64,000 bases of DNA from Thermoanaerobaculia bacterium (GTDB lineage Bacteria > Acidobacteriota > Thermoanaerobaculia > Multivoradales > JAIOJS01): contig JAUIDB010000001.1 in assembly GCA_030429235.1 (NCBI GenBank), positions 157,696 to 221,695 of the forward strand, in the 5' to 3' direction. Both the position numbers and the translations under genes were made by a program. Positions 49,280 through 59,155 of this stretch are shown here, piece after piece; within the stretch, counting starts at the first letter, position 1, and every line of letters begins with the position of its first letter. The notes beneath the pieces are model-generated. The model ran no database searches. It was not told the origin of the DNA and saw nothing but the letters and a program-made list of their open reading frames with translations.

Positions 49280-50193
49280 CAGGATCGCTCCCAGGTCGGC
49301 GGTGGCGTCATCGGGACGCGGAACCCGGTCCAAAAGCCGCGGGCCTTGGCCAGGACAGCGGCGGTATTGCGACGAGGCAGCTCGCGGAGGAAGGCGGCGG
49401 GGAGGGCGGCGGCGATGAACAGCAGGGCAGTACACCACTGCCAGGCGTTGGCGTAGCGGCGCACGAAGATCGCGCTCGAGCGACCGGTCTGGAAGGTCTT
49501 GGCCGGTTTGTAGCCCCCGGTCGATTGCGAGACCATGTGCCAGAGCCGGGCGCGGTGGGCGTAGTAGCAGCGGAAACCCTGCCGCTTGACGCGCATGCAG
49601 AAGTCGCCGTCCTCCACCGAGAGAAAGTAGATCGGGTCCCAGAACCCGGCGGCCTCGATCGCCTCGCGGCGCACCAGCATGGCGCAGCCGTTGACGTAGT
49701 CGACCTCGCAGTCCTCGTCGTACTGACCTCGATCGAGTTCCCCCTCGCCGCGTTCCTTGGTCACCGATTCCTTGAACCGGAGGATGCCACCGGCCGACCA
49801 GATCCGCTCTCGGTCCCAGTAGTAGTAGCCCTTGGGACCGACACAACCGATGGTCGGGTCGGCCTCGGCCACGGCCACCATCTGGGTGACGAAGTCGGCA
49901 GCCACCTCGATGTCGTTGTTGAGGATGAGCTGATAGTCGTAGCCCCGCTCCAGAGCCCAGCGCATGCCGACGTTGCAGCCGTTGGCGGGTCCGCGGTTCT
50001 CGTCGATCCGGAGTTGGACCACCTGCGGGAACTGCTCCTCGATCGCCGCGAAGGAGCCGTCGGTCGAGCCGTTGTCCACCACCACCAGGTCGAGCGCCGG
50101 GTAGTCGCAGTCCGACAGGCTGGCCAGGGCCTGCAAGGTCACATCACGACCGTTGTAGTTGAGGATGAGCGCGGCGACGCGGGGTGCAGCCAT
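49279..50193 (-). CDS. GT2 family glycosyltransferase
   Basis: LNYNG, VDNGSTD, LNND, GCAML, EDGDFC. Confidence 0.92.
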   Translation of the reverse strand: MAAPRVAALILNYNGRDVTLQALASLSDCDYPALDLVVVDNGSTDGSFAAIEEQFPQVVQLRIDENRGPANGCNVGMRWALERGYDYQLILNNDIEVAADFVTQMVAVAEADPTIGCVGPKGYYYWDRERIWSAGGILRFKESVTKERGEGELDRGQYDEDCEVDYVNGCAMLVRREAIEAAGFWDPIYFLSVEDGDFCMRVKRQGFRCYYAHRARLWHMVSQSTGGYKPAKTFQTGRSSAIFVRRYANAWQWCTALLFIAAALPAAFLRELPRRNTAAVLAKARGFWTGFRVPMTPPPTWERS

Positions 50194-50201
50194 GGCGCGG
50201 C

Positions 50202-50210
50202 AGTTTAGCA
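50202..50210 (-). promoter_or_regulatory. Extended -10 TGcTAAACT, leaderless/short-leader type
   Basis: 8 nt upstream of ATG 50193. Confidence 0.5.
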
Positions 50211-50293
50211 GGGCGGTTGGGGTCACGAGCCCTTCTAGGCCTGGATGAGCCCGGGCTCCGGGCCCGACCTGACGTGGGATAGGATCGCTCGAC

Positions 50294-51511
50294 GTGTTGC
50301 ACTCCGAGCCCTACTCCGCCCCCTCGCGGCGCCACGCCGTCGGTTTCTGGGTTTACTGGGGCCACCTCTTCACCCTGTTCGGGATCGCCATCTCCAACGG
50401 TCTCTTGGCCATCGGGATTCTCGGCTCTCCCTGGCTGGGACGGTGGCGCGGATTCCTCAACCGTCGCAACCGACTGCTGCTCGGGGCCTCCTTGGTGTAC
50501 ATCGTGCTCCTGGGGCTGTCGATCGCCACCTCGCTGGATCCATCCACCAGTGTCCACGCCATGACCGAAGTGTTCAACCTGGCCACGCTCTGGTTGGCCC
50601 TTCTCCTGGTGGCCGGGGAGCGCGAAGTACGGCGAGTGGTCGACGCGATCATCCTGTTGGGGACGGCGCAGTCGATCATCGGGTTGACCCAGTACCTGGC
50701 GGCCGGTGGCTTCGCCCTGGACCAGCGGATCCGCGGTTCGCTGTCGCACTACATGACCTTCTCGGGGATCCTGCTGCTGGCAGAGCTCCTGCTCTGTGCG
50801 CAGCTCGCCTCGCGATCCCATCCCGGAGGCCGCTTCGGATGGCGCTGGTTCGCCCTCCTGCCGATCAACGTCGCCCTGTTCGGCACCCTCACTCGGAGTG
50901 CCTGGGTCGGTCTGGCGGCGGGGTTGCTCATCTTGCTGCTCTTCGGTCGCCGCCGGGGCGTGCTGGCCGCCGCCGGCCTGGCCATCTTCGGCATTCTGGC
51001 TCTACTTCCGCACCAGCCCGTGGTCGAGCGCGTGAATTCGATCGCCGATCTAACCAACACGACCAACTACGACCGCCTCTGTATGGTCTACGCCGGTTGG
51101 GGGATGATCCGCGAACGACCGTTCCTGGGCCAGGGACCCGACATGGTCGAGGCACGGTACCCGATCTACCGCCATCCCACCGCGCCACGCCACTCGGTGC
51201 CGCACCTGCACAACGCCTATCTGCAGCTCGCGGCGGAGCGTGGTGTGCTGTCGTTGGTGGCGATGCTTCTCTTGGTCGGAGTGGGGCTACGTCGTGCCTG
51301 GCGGGACTTCCGCCGCGAGGGGGGGCGAGCGGGGAGCCGGGCCGACCTCTACGTCGGTGTGTTCTCCGCTCTGGCGGGTTTTCTGGTGGCCGGCTTCTTC
51401 GAAGACAACTGGGCCGATACCGAGGTGCAGCGTATCGTCCTCTTCCTCCTGGCGCTCCCCTTCTGCATCGAGGCGGGCGGGGGTGCGTCCGAGGTGGAGT
51501 CCGAACCCTAG
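50294..51511 (+). CDS. O-antigen ligase/Wzy_C family membrane protein
   Basis: TLTRSAW, R..M...GWGMI.ERP.LGQGP, HLHNAYLQLAAERG. Confidence 0.88.
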   Translation: MLHSEPYSAPSRRHAVGFWVYWGHLFTLFGIAISNGLLAIGILGSPWLGRWRGFLNRRNRLLLGASLVYIVLLGLSIATSLDPSTSVHAMTEVFNLATLWLALLLVAGEREVRRVVDAIILLGTAQSIIGLTQYLAAGGFALDQRIRGSLSHYMTFSGILLLAELLLCAQLASRSHPGGRFGWRWFALLPINVALFGTLTRSAWVGLAAGLLILLLFGRRRGVLAAAGLAIFGILALLPHQPVVERVNSIADLTNTTNYDRLCMVYAGWGMIRERPFLGQGPDMVEARYPIYRHPTAPRHSVPHLHNAYLQLAAERGVLSLVAMLLLVGVGLRRAWRDFRREGGRAGSRADLYVGVFSALAGFLVAGFFEDNWADTEVQRIVLFLLALPFCIEAGGGASEVESEP

Positions 51512-51557
51512 GGCTGGCTCCCCGAGAGCCTGGGCCTCGAAGCGCGGTGCCCGGCGC

Positions 51558-52835
51558 TCAGGGACTCGACGTCAGGGCCCAGAGCGCTTCGCGAGTGCGG
51601 AGGAAGATCTGTCCGTCACTCACCGCTGGCGAAGCCAGCGTGTACTCCTCGAGGTCGTTGCGCGCGAGGACTTCGAACCGGTCGCCGGCACGGAAGACTG
51701 TGGTCACGCCACCCTCGCTGGTGGCGTAGATCAAGCCGTCGGCAACGATCGGCGAAGCGCTGTACGGGGCGTCGGGGAGCCGCTCGGGACCCCAGACCAC
51801 GTCGCCGGTGGTGACGTCGTGGCACCAGACGACGCCGCGGTCGGTCACCGTGTAGAGCCGCCCTTCGGACGCCACGGGTGTGGGCACGTCCGTGCTATCG
51901 CGCACCGACCAGGCGACCTGCGGCGGTCCCTCGGCGGCGGCCCGCAAGGCCAGGGCAGGTCCCCGTTTGCCGAAGGCGAAGAGGGTCTCACCGTGCACCA
52001 GGGGTGATGCGACCAGCCGCTGGGCGCCACTCTGCTCGGGGTTGAGCCCGCCGACGCGCCAGAGTTCCTCGCCGGTGGCGAGGTCGTGCCCGGTGACCAC
52101 GTCGCCGCCGACCACCACGAGCTCGGGGCGGGCTCCGTCGCGCCGCCACAGCGTCGGCGTGGTGTAGGCATCGGGGGATTCCCGCTGCGCTGCGGTCGGC
52201 CGCTCGACCCGCCACAGGGTCTTGCCAATGGCGCCGTCGATCCGCAGCACGTACGAGGGTTCATCGGTCTCGAAGCCGTGGAGCACGGGGACGAAGAGGT
52301 CGCCGTCGTGGAGGAGCGGAGACGCAGCGTATCCCCAGAGGATCCCGAAGCGGCCGTAGTCTTCTTGCAGGTTGCGGCGCCAGCCGGGTCGGCCGTCGGT
52401 GCTGAAGGCGGCGAGCACCCCGGTACCGGTCAGCGCCCACACCGTCTGGCCGTCGGTGACCGGCGACGGCGAGGCCATGGTGTGCTTGCGTTTGTAGGTG
52501 TCGCCCTGGCCGAGTTCCTGCCGCCAGACGAACTGGCCCGAGGTACGGTCGACGGCACCGAGCCACAGCGCACCGTCGCGCTCGGGGTCCTGGCTGCCGG
52601 TGAGAAAGACGAGATCGCCACTGACGATCGGACTCGAGGCGGCAAGTCCGGGCAGGGGGAGCCGCCAGGCGACGCCCGTGGTCGGGCTCCAGGTCGTGGG
52701 CAGCCCGGCTTCGAGGCTCGAGCCGTCGAGGGTCGGACCTCGCCATTGGGGCCAATCGGCGCCCGAAACCGCGGTGGCTCCGAGCAGACCGAAGACGACG
52801 AGGGGGAGGGCACGGGAGCGGTCTAGGCATGGCAT
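51558..52835 (-). CDS. Secreted PQQ-binding-like (BamB-like) beta-propeller protein
   Basis: ADWPQWRGP, SSPIV, ASP repeats, G...W docking motifs; start uncertain. Confidence 0.85.
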   Translation of the reverse strand: MPCLDRSRALPLVVFGLLGATAVSGADWPQWRGPTLDGSSLEAGLPTTWSPTTGVAWRLPLPGLAASSPIVSGDLVFLTGSQDPERDGALWLGAVDRTSGQFVWRQELGQGDTYKRKHTMASPSPVTDGQTVWALTGTGVLAAFSTDGRPGWRRNLQEDYGRFGILWGYAASPLLHDGDLFVPVLHGFETDEPSYVLRIDGAIGKTLWRVERPTAAQRESPDAYTTPTLWRRDGARPELVVVGGDVVTGHDLATGEELWRVGGLNPEQSGAQRLVASPLVHGETLFAFGKRGPALALRAAAEGPPQVAWSVRDSTDVPTPVASEGRLYTVTDRGVVWCHDVTTGDVVWGPERLPDAPYSASPIVADGLIYATSEGGVTTVFRAGDRFEVLARNDLEEYTLASPAVSDGQIFLRTREALWALTSSP

Positions 52836-52886
52836 GACAGGTGTCATTGTACGCAACGCCGGGACCGCCCCCTGCCAGTCAGCGGT

Positions 52887-55043
52887 TTACTCGCCCGGCA
52901 CCGGGAAGCCGCGGTCCCGCATCAACGCGTCGATCGTGGCGTCCCGCCCGCGGAAGGCGCGATAGGCGTCGGCGGGATCGACGGCATTGCGCGGGGCGAA
53001 CAGATGCTCCACCAGCTTGGCCGCGACTTCCTGATCGTAGAAGCCACCGGGCGCTTCGGCGAACGCTTCGGCGGCGTCCGAAGTGAGAACGTCGGCCCAA
53101 AGGTATCCGTAGTAACCCGCCGAGTAGCCTTCTCCCGAGAAGACGTGGCCGAAGTGCGGCGATCGGTGCCGCATCACGATCTCGCTCGGCATCCCCAGGT
53201 CGGCCAGATTCTCACGCTCGAAGGCGTCGGGATCGATACCCGTCGGGTCGTCGGTGTGGTACCGCATGTCCATCAGTGCCGAGGCCAGGTACTCGGTGGT
53301 CGCGAAGCCCTGGTTGAAGGTCGAGGCCCGCTTGATCTTGGCCACCAGCTCGGCCGGGATCGGTTCGCCGGTCTGGTAGTGGACCAGGTAGTTGTCGATC
53401 ACCTCGTCGGTGGTCAGCCACCGCTCCAGGAGTTGTGACTGGAACTCGGTGTAGTCGCGCACGCCACCGTTGAGGGTCGGATAGGCGACGTTCGAGGAGA
53501 GGTAGTGCAGCGCGTGACCGAACTCGTGGAAGTAGGTCTCGGCGTCGTCCCAGGAGATCAGGACCGGCTCACCCGGTGCCCCCTTGATGAAGTTCGAGTT
53601 GTTGGAGGACAGGACGTTCTGGGGTTCGTCGAAGGTCTCGTGGGAGCGATAGGACGTAGCCCATGCGCCCGACCGCTTGCCCGGGCGGGCGAAGGGGTCG
53701 AGGTACCAGAGTCCGACGTGCTCGCCGCTGCTCTTCTTGGTCACCTCCCAGACCTTCACGTCCTCGTGGAACACCGGGACCGAACCCTCGGGCACGGGGG
53801 TGAAGGCAAAGTCGAACAGCTCACCGGCGACGAAGAACATCGCATCCCGCAGCTTCTCGAGCTGCAGGTACTGCTTGACCTCGTCCGAGTCCAGGTCGTA
53901 CTTGGCGCGCCGCACCTTCTCGGCGTAGTAGCGGTAGTCCCACGGTTCGATGGTCAGGCCGGCTCCTTCCGAGTCGGCCACCGCCTGCATGTCGGCGACC
54001 TCTTCCTCGACCCGGGCGAGGGCGGCCGGCCACACTGCTTCCATCAACTCGAGGGCGCGCTCGGGTGTCTTGGCCATCCGGTTCTCGAGGCGCCACTGGG
54101 CGTAGTTGTCGTAGCCGAGCAACTGGATCCGCTCGTCCCTCAGCTGCAGGATCTCGGCGATGATGGCATTGTTGTCGTACTCGTCGCCGTTGTCCCCTCG
54201 GCTGTAGTAGTTGCGCCACACCTGCTCGCGCAGCGCGCGGTCGTCGGCGTAGGTCAGGACCGGGTCCATCGAGGAGCGGGTGTTGAAAATGGCGTACTGA
54301 CCTTCGTGACCCGCCTCGGTGGCGGCCGCCGCCGCGGCCTTGAGAAAGGACTCGGGAAGGCCAGCCGTCTGCGCCTCGTCGACGTAGAGGGTGTAGCCCT
54401 CCTCGTCCGCGAGCACGTTGTTGGAGAAGGTGGTGTGGAGTTCGGCCAGGCGCTGGTTGATCGCCGCGTAGCGCTCCTTGGCCTCGCCCTCGAGCGTGGC
54501 GCCGTTGCGCGCGAACCCGTCGTAAACGAGTTCGACCAGCCGCTGCTCCTCGGGGCTGCGAGCTGCCAGCTCGTCACTTTCGTAGACCGCCCGCACGCGC
54601 TCGAAGAGCTTGGCGTTCTGGGTGATCTTGGAGTTGAACTCTGACAGCTTGGGAGCCATCTCGCTCTGGATCTCTCGGAACTCTGGGCTGGACAGGTTGC
54701 TGCTCAAGATGCCGTAGTAGGCGAACACCCGGCCAAGGTCTCGCCCCGAGCGTTCCAGGGCCACGATCGTGTTCTCGAAGGTGGGGGGCTCGCTCGAGTT
54801 GGCGATCGCATCGACCTCGTCGAGGTTCTTTTGCATGCCGATCTCGAGGGCGGGCTTGACCTCGGCGAGGTCGATCTGGTCGAAGGCGGGGACCCCCTGG
54901 TAGGGTCCCTCCCATTCGGCGAGCAGGGTGTTGGTCGTAGTCATGGCGTCCTGGGAGGAGTCGGTGGAGTCGGGGCCCTGGGCACAGGCGGTCAGGAGAC
55001 CGGCGGCGGCCAGAGCGGCGCAGAGGGTACGGACAGTTCGCAT
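52887..55043 (-). CDS. M3 family metallopeptidase (peptidyl-dipeptidase Dcp-like), lipoprotein
   Basis: LTAC lipobox; KRSGAW, FHEFGHALH, HF.HVFSG..YSAGYY.YLWA. Confidence 0.93.
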   Translation of the reverse strand: MRTVRTLCAALAAAGLLTACAQGPDSTDSSQDAMTTTNTLLAEWEGPYQGVPAFDQIDLAEVKPALEIGMQKNLDEVDAIANSSEPPTFENTIVALERSGRDLGRVFAYYGILSSNLSSPEFREIQSEMAPKLSEFNSKITQNAKLFERVRAVYESDELAARSPEEQRLVELVYDGFARNGATLEGEAKERYAAINQRLAELHTTFSNNVLADEEGYTLYVDEAQTAGLPESFLKAAAAAATEAGHEGQYAIFNTRSSMDPVLTYADDRALREQVWRNYYSRGDNGDEYDNNAIIAEILQLRDERIQLLGYDNYAQWRLENRMAKTPERALELMEAVWPAALARVEEEVADMQAVADSEGAGLTIEPWDYRYYAEKVRRAKYDLDSDEVKQYLQLEKLRDAMFFVAGELFDFAFTPVPEGSVPVFHEDVKVWEVTKKSSGEHVGLWYLDPFARPGKRSGAWATSYRSHETFDEPQNVLSSNNSNFIKGAPGEPVLISWDDAETYFHEFGHALHYLSSNVAYPTLNGGVRDYTEFQSQLLERWLTTDEVIDNYLVHYQTGEPIPAELVAKIKRASTFNQGFATTEYLASALMDMRYHTDDPTGIDPDAFERENLADLGMPSEIVMRHRSPHFGHVFSGEGYSAGYYGYLWADVLTSDAAEAFAEAPGGFYDQEVAAKLVEHLFAPRNAVDPADAYRAFRGRDATIDALMRDRGFPVPGE

Positions 55044-55216
55044 GAGCATTCCTCGTGGTTGCAAGCGGCCGGAACCGGAGGGTCCGCCGCAGGGTGATCT
55101 GGGTTGGGATGGAGGGCAGGGCTCGAGAGCCAGCGGAGAAGGTGACGAACTTCGGAGGTACGAGTCAGAGCGGCTTTAGGTTGCGTTGCCTCCGACGCGG
55201 CCTGGCGTCGGGCCCG

Positions 55217-55639
55217 TCAGGGGTTGGTGGCCTCATCCTCGAGTTGGGCCAGGAAGCGCTCGAAGTTCTCGCGGTTGGCGAAGTAGGAGATCGCTCCTTC
55301 GGCGTCGGCGGCCTTGATCGCCGTGGCCTTGTCGACCTTCTCGCCGGTCAAGGGGTCGACGGCACTCCGGATCGCCTCGTCGGTGGCGAGCCGGGCCTTG
55401 CACATCTCGCAGCAGCCGAAGTAGGTGCGACCGTCGACCTCGACCGGAATCTGGTCGCGGGCGAAGAGCTGATCATTGACCATGCAGACCTTGACGGCTT
55501 CGACCTCTTGCAGCGCCACAGCCGGGGGCTCGTTCGCGTTGTCAGCCGTTTCGTCGGCGAAACCCGCGAAGGGCACCAGGGCGAGTACGGCGAGAAGGGA
55601 GAGAAGGAGGTGGATCTGGGGGCGGTGGGTGGTGTGCAT
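55217..55639 (-). CDS. Secreted YHS/TRASH-domain metal-binding protein
   Basis: Signal peptide; VCMVND, DGRTYFGCCEMCK, DPLTGEKVDKA; TATAAT at 55691-55696 on the minus strand. Confidence 0.8.
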   Translation of the reverse strand: MHTTHRPQIHLLLSLLAVLALVPFAGFADETADNANEPPAVALQEVEAVKVCMVNDQLFARDQIPVEVDGRTYFGCCEMCKARLATDEAIRSAVDPLTGEKVDKATAIKAADAEGAISYFANRENFERFLAQLEDEATNP

Positions 55640-55786
55640 TGGGGTGCTCCTGAATAGACGGGACACCCGATGGGGTGCCGCAAGGCTCCGATTATAGGTT
55701 CCCGGGAACCACGACGTCGGTGCGATACACTGCATCGGCCTCCGACCGTCGGACGCTTCCGAGGAAAACCCATGGAGAGACCCGCG

Positions 55787-57052
55787 ATGCACCGTTTGGT
55801 TCGTTCCGTTGCCGCCCTGACCCTGATCCTCCTCACCACGCTGCCCGCTTGGGGAGCCACCGCGCGTCTGCGGGGCACGGTCGTCGACGGCCAGGGCACT
55901 CCGATTCCCGGGGTGAAGATCACCGTCACGAGCAATGACATGCCGACCTTCCGCGAGGTTCTGACCAGCGACAAGAAGGGCAAGTTCCTGCTCGTGGTGC
56001 AGAGCCCCCAGTTCCTCTACCAGATGCAATTCGACAAGCCCGGTTACCAGAGTTTCAAGCAAGACATGCAGCTCCGCGCCACCGAGATGCTGCGCGAGGA
56101 ATTCCCCATGGACCGCGCTTCGGCGGAAGCCGTGGAGGCGGTCGCCGATCCGGCGCTGGCCGCGATCGAGGTCGGCAACGAGGCGATCAACGCCTACAAC
56201 AAAGGGGTCGCGGCCCAGCGGGCGGGTGACCTGTCGACCGCCCGCACCAAGCTGGAACAGGCACTGGCGGTTCAGGAGGACCTGGCGGTGGCGCACATCG
56301 CGCTCTCACAGGTTCTTCTGGACCAGGGCGAGTACGCCACTGCGGCGCGGCACGCCGAGCGGGGTCTCGAATTGCAGGCGGGGTCGCTCGACGCTTTGCA
56401 GGTGCGCTACGACGCCTACCGGGCGCTGGGGGAAGAGGAGAAGGCCGAAGCGGCGTCCGCCGCTCTGACCCAGGCGCAAGATGCGGCGGCGGCGGCCTTT
56501 CGTCTCTACAACGAAGGCGGTGAGGCCTTCGCGGCGGGCGATAAGGACACCGCCTTGGCCAAGTTCCAGCAGGCGGCGGAACTCGACCCCACGATCTTCG
56601 ACGCTCACCATGCCACCGCGACGCTGCTGGCCGCCCGTGGTGAGTACGCGGCCGCCAAACCCGCCGTCGAGGCCGCGCTGGCCCTGCGGCCCAACGAGGT
56701 GCGGACCTTGAGGGTGGCCTACGACACCTATCGGGAGTTGGGCCGGGACGAAGAACTCCGGGACATCGCCACCCGGCTGGCCGAGGCGGACCCCGAGTTC
56801 GGCGCCATCGGTCTGCTGCAGCAGGGCAATCGCCTCTTCCAGGCCGGCAACTCGGCCGAGGCCAAACCGCTGATGGAGCAGGCCCTCGCTCTCGACCCGG
56901 ACCTCGCCAAGGCGCACTACCTGCTGGGACTGGTGCTGGTCAACGAAGGTGACAATGCCGGCGCCAAGGCGCACTTCCAGAAGTTCCTGGCCCTCGCCCC
57001 CGACGATCCCGATGCCGCTTCGGCCCAGGGGATGATGGAGTACCTCGACTAG
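55787..57052 (+). CDS. Secreted carboxypeptidase-regulatory-like domain + TPR repeat protein
   Basis: G.VVD.QG.PIPGV.I; multiple TPRs (AHYLLG..FQKFLALAPD). Confidence 0.85.
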   Translation: MHRLVRSVAALTLILLTTLPAWGATARLRGTVVDGQGTPIPGVKITVTSNDMPTFREVLTSDKKGKFLLVVQSPQFLYQMQFDKPGYQSFKQDMQLRATEMLREEFPMDRASAEAVEAVADPALAAIEVGNEAINAYNKGVAAQRAGDLSTARTKLEQALAVQEDLAVAHIALSQVLLDQGEYATAARHAERGLELQAGSLDALQVRYDAYRALGEEEKAEAASAALTQAQDAAAAAFRLYNEGGEAFAAGDKDTALAKFQQAAELDPTIFDAHHATATLLAARGEYAAAKPAVEAALALRPNEVRTLRVAYDTYRELGRDEELRDIATRLAEADPEFGAIGLLQQGNRLFQAGNSAEAKPLMEQALALDPDLAKAHYLLGLVLVNEGDNAGAKAHFQKFLALAPDDPDAASAQGMMEYLD

Positions 57053-57092
57053 TCCTCGCTGCCGGCCGAGACTCGCCGCACGGCGAGCGAGC

Positions 57093-58496
57093 TCACGCCG
57101 AGGGTTGGTCGAGGGTCAGGCCGCGCTCGGCGTCGGAACCCGGGATGAGGTTGTCGAGCAGCAGACCCGTGACCGCGGCCACCGCCATTCCGGTGGATCC
57201 CAGGGTCTGGGCCAGATTGGCCAGCCAGGGGGCGGCCTCCAGCGTGAGTTCCACCGGGGCGAAGCCGAGCGACGGCACGCCTCGGAAGTAGGCCGGGAGC
57301 GAGAGACCCATGAACAGGCTGAACCCGATGATCATCTGGTTGCGCTGGCTGGAGAGATCGGCCCGGGCCGTGAAAGCCAGGCCGATGGCGGCGATCAGCC
57401 CGAAGAGAGTGCAGTAGAGACCCCCCACCACCGCCGAAGGGATGGTCGCGATGGCGGCGCCGACCTTGGCCACCAGACCGAGCAGGATCAGGAGCGCCGC
57501 GGCCACGTAGGTGACGGCTCGGCTCGCTACCCGGGTCAGGGCGACCAGTCCGATGTTCTCCGTATAGCTGGTGCTGGCGAAGCCGCCCAGGATCCCGGTG
57601 AGGAAACAGGCTACGCCTTCGGCGCCGATGCCGCGATCGACCTGTTGGGCGGTCGGCTCGGGCGCCCCGGCCGCACTGGCCACGGCGTAGTAGTCGCCGA
57701 AGGACTCGATCGCCGAGGCCAGGTAGCCAGCCAGGATGGCGAGGAAGAAGCCGAGATCGAAGCGGGGAGTGCCCCAGGGGAAGAGCAGGCTGTCAGGAGA
57801 GCGGAACCAGGGAGCCGCCGCCACGGCGGCGAAGTCGACCCGGCCGAGGGCCAGGGCGATGCCGTAGCCGACCAGGACCGCCAACAGGATCGGAAAGAGG
57901 GCGAAGAACCGCGACCGGGGGGCGAGAACGAGCGAGAACAGGAACGCTCCCACGATCACGGAACCCGAAAGCAGCCAGTCCTGACCGGCCTGCGGCGCGC
58001 CGACCTGAAAGAGAGCGAGGCCGATGAGCGCGATGACCGGTCCGACCACCACCGGGCTGAGGCGCCGCCGCAGGCGGCCGAAGAGGGTGGAGTAGCCGAC
58101 GAAGACCTCCACCAGGGCGCCGCCGAGAATCGCGCCGGCGATGTACTGCATGCTCTCGGCGCCCCCGCCGGTGGCGGCGATGATCGCGAAGAAGGGCCCG
58201 AGGAAGGCGAAGGAGACCCCTTGGATGATCGGCAGACGGGTTCCGAACCGAACCTGCAGGAAGGTGGCCACGCCCGAACAGATCATCACCGAGCTGACCA
58301 GCAGCGCCGTCTGCGCCGGGCTCATCCCCATCGCCGGGCCCAGGAGCAGTGGAACCGCCACCGTGGCCCCGAACATGGTCAGGACGTGTTGTAGACCCAG
58401 GGCGAGGGCCTGGGGGGCCGGCGGCACCTCGTCGAGGCCGTAGAGCAGGGGGGTGGAGCCACTCGACGGCAGCCCGGTGGTCGGAGCGTGGGTCAC
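57093..58496 (-). CDS. NCS2/NAT nucleobase permease
   Basis: LQHVL, RLPIIQG.SFAF, ES.GD, NAT motif ENIGLVALTRVASR. Confidence 0.92.
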   Translation of the reverse strand: MTHAPTTGLPSSGSTPLLYGLDEVPPAPQALALGLQHVLTMFGATVAVPLLLGPAMGMSPAQTALLVSSVMICSGVATFLQVRFGTRLPIIQGVSFAFLGPFFAIIAATGGGAESMQYIAGAILGGALVEVFVGYSTLFGRLRRRLSPVVVGPVIALIGLALFQVGAPQAGQDWLLSGSVIVGAFLFSLVLAPRSRFFALFPILLAVLVGYGIALALGRVDFAAVAAAPWFRSPDSLLFPWGTPRFDLGFFLAILAGYLASAIESFGDYYAVASAAGAPEPTAQQVDRGIGAEGVACFLTGILGGFASTSYTENIGLVALTRVASRAVTYVAAALLILLGLVAKVGAAIATIPSAVVGGLYCTLFGLIAAIGLAFTARADLSSQRNQMIIGFSLFMGLSLPAYFRGVPSLGFAPVELTLEAAPWLANLAQTLGSTGMAVAAVTGLLLDNLIPGSDAERGLTLDQPSA

Positions 58497-59155
58497 GCGC
58501 CACCTCCGAGCCAGAGACCGAGGGCGAGGCCAAGGGCAAAGGCTACCGCGATCGCGAGCCGAAGGCGGACGTGGGGCGGGATCAGGTCGCGCGCCACGCC
58601 CTGGGCGACGGCGGCGGCGAAAGCTGCCTGCGACGGTGCGGCGGGAGCCTCGGGGAGTGCGTCGTCCGAACGACTCGGGGTCTCCGTGGAGTCGCCCGTC
58701 GGATGCCGCGCCGCCAGCTGGCGTTCCAGGCCGTCGAGCCCCTGGCCGGCGATGACCTTGGCCGAACTGTCGAGGAGACGTTGGCCGACGCCCGCGATCC
58801 GACCTCCCACCTGGGCGTCGAGGTCGTAGCGAAGGGTCGTTCCCGAAGCCCCGCCGTCCTCCGTCTCGACCAGCTCGACCCCTCCCTCCCCCTTGAGGAA
58901 GCCGCTCGGACCCTGTCCATCGAGGCGCATCGAGTAACCCTCGGGCGGCGCGAGCTCCGACATGGCGAGGGTGCCGCGAAAGGCCCCACGCACCGGACCG
59001 ATTGCTACCTGCAACTGCCCCTCGAAGGTCGTTTCGTCGCGGCGCTCCAGCTTCTGGCACCCGGGCAGGGTGCGCGACAGCACTTCGGGGTCCATCAGGG
59101 CGTCCCACACGGCCTGACGCGGGAAGGGCAGAAAACGTTCTCCTTGAATCTTCAT
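58493..59155 (-). CDS. CoxG/SRPBCC family protein with C-terminal membrane anchor
   Basis: VWDAL.DP.VL...LPGC, GPVRG.F, VGGRIA.VGQRL; hydrophobic tail. Confidence 0.88.
   Translation of the reverse strand: MKIQGERFLPFPRQAVWDALMDPEVLSRTLPGCQKLERRDETTFEGQLQVAIGPVRGAFRGTLAMSELAPPEGYSMRLDGQGPSGFLKGEGGVELVETEDGGASGTTLRYDLDAQVGGRIAGVGQRLLDSSAKVIAGQGLDGLERQLAARHPTGDSTETPSRSDDALPEAPAAPSQAAFAAAVAQGVARDLIPPHVRLRLAIAVAFALGLALGLWLGGGA

Noticed and set aside
51558..52835. PQQ-dependent dehydrogenase or true BamB
   Set aside because: No catalytic features, lipobox or bam context; such propellers are highly paralogous in these bacteria
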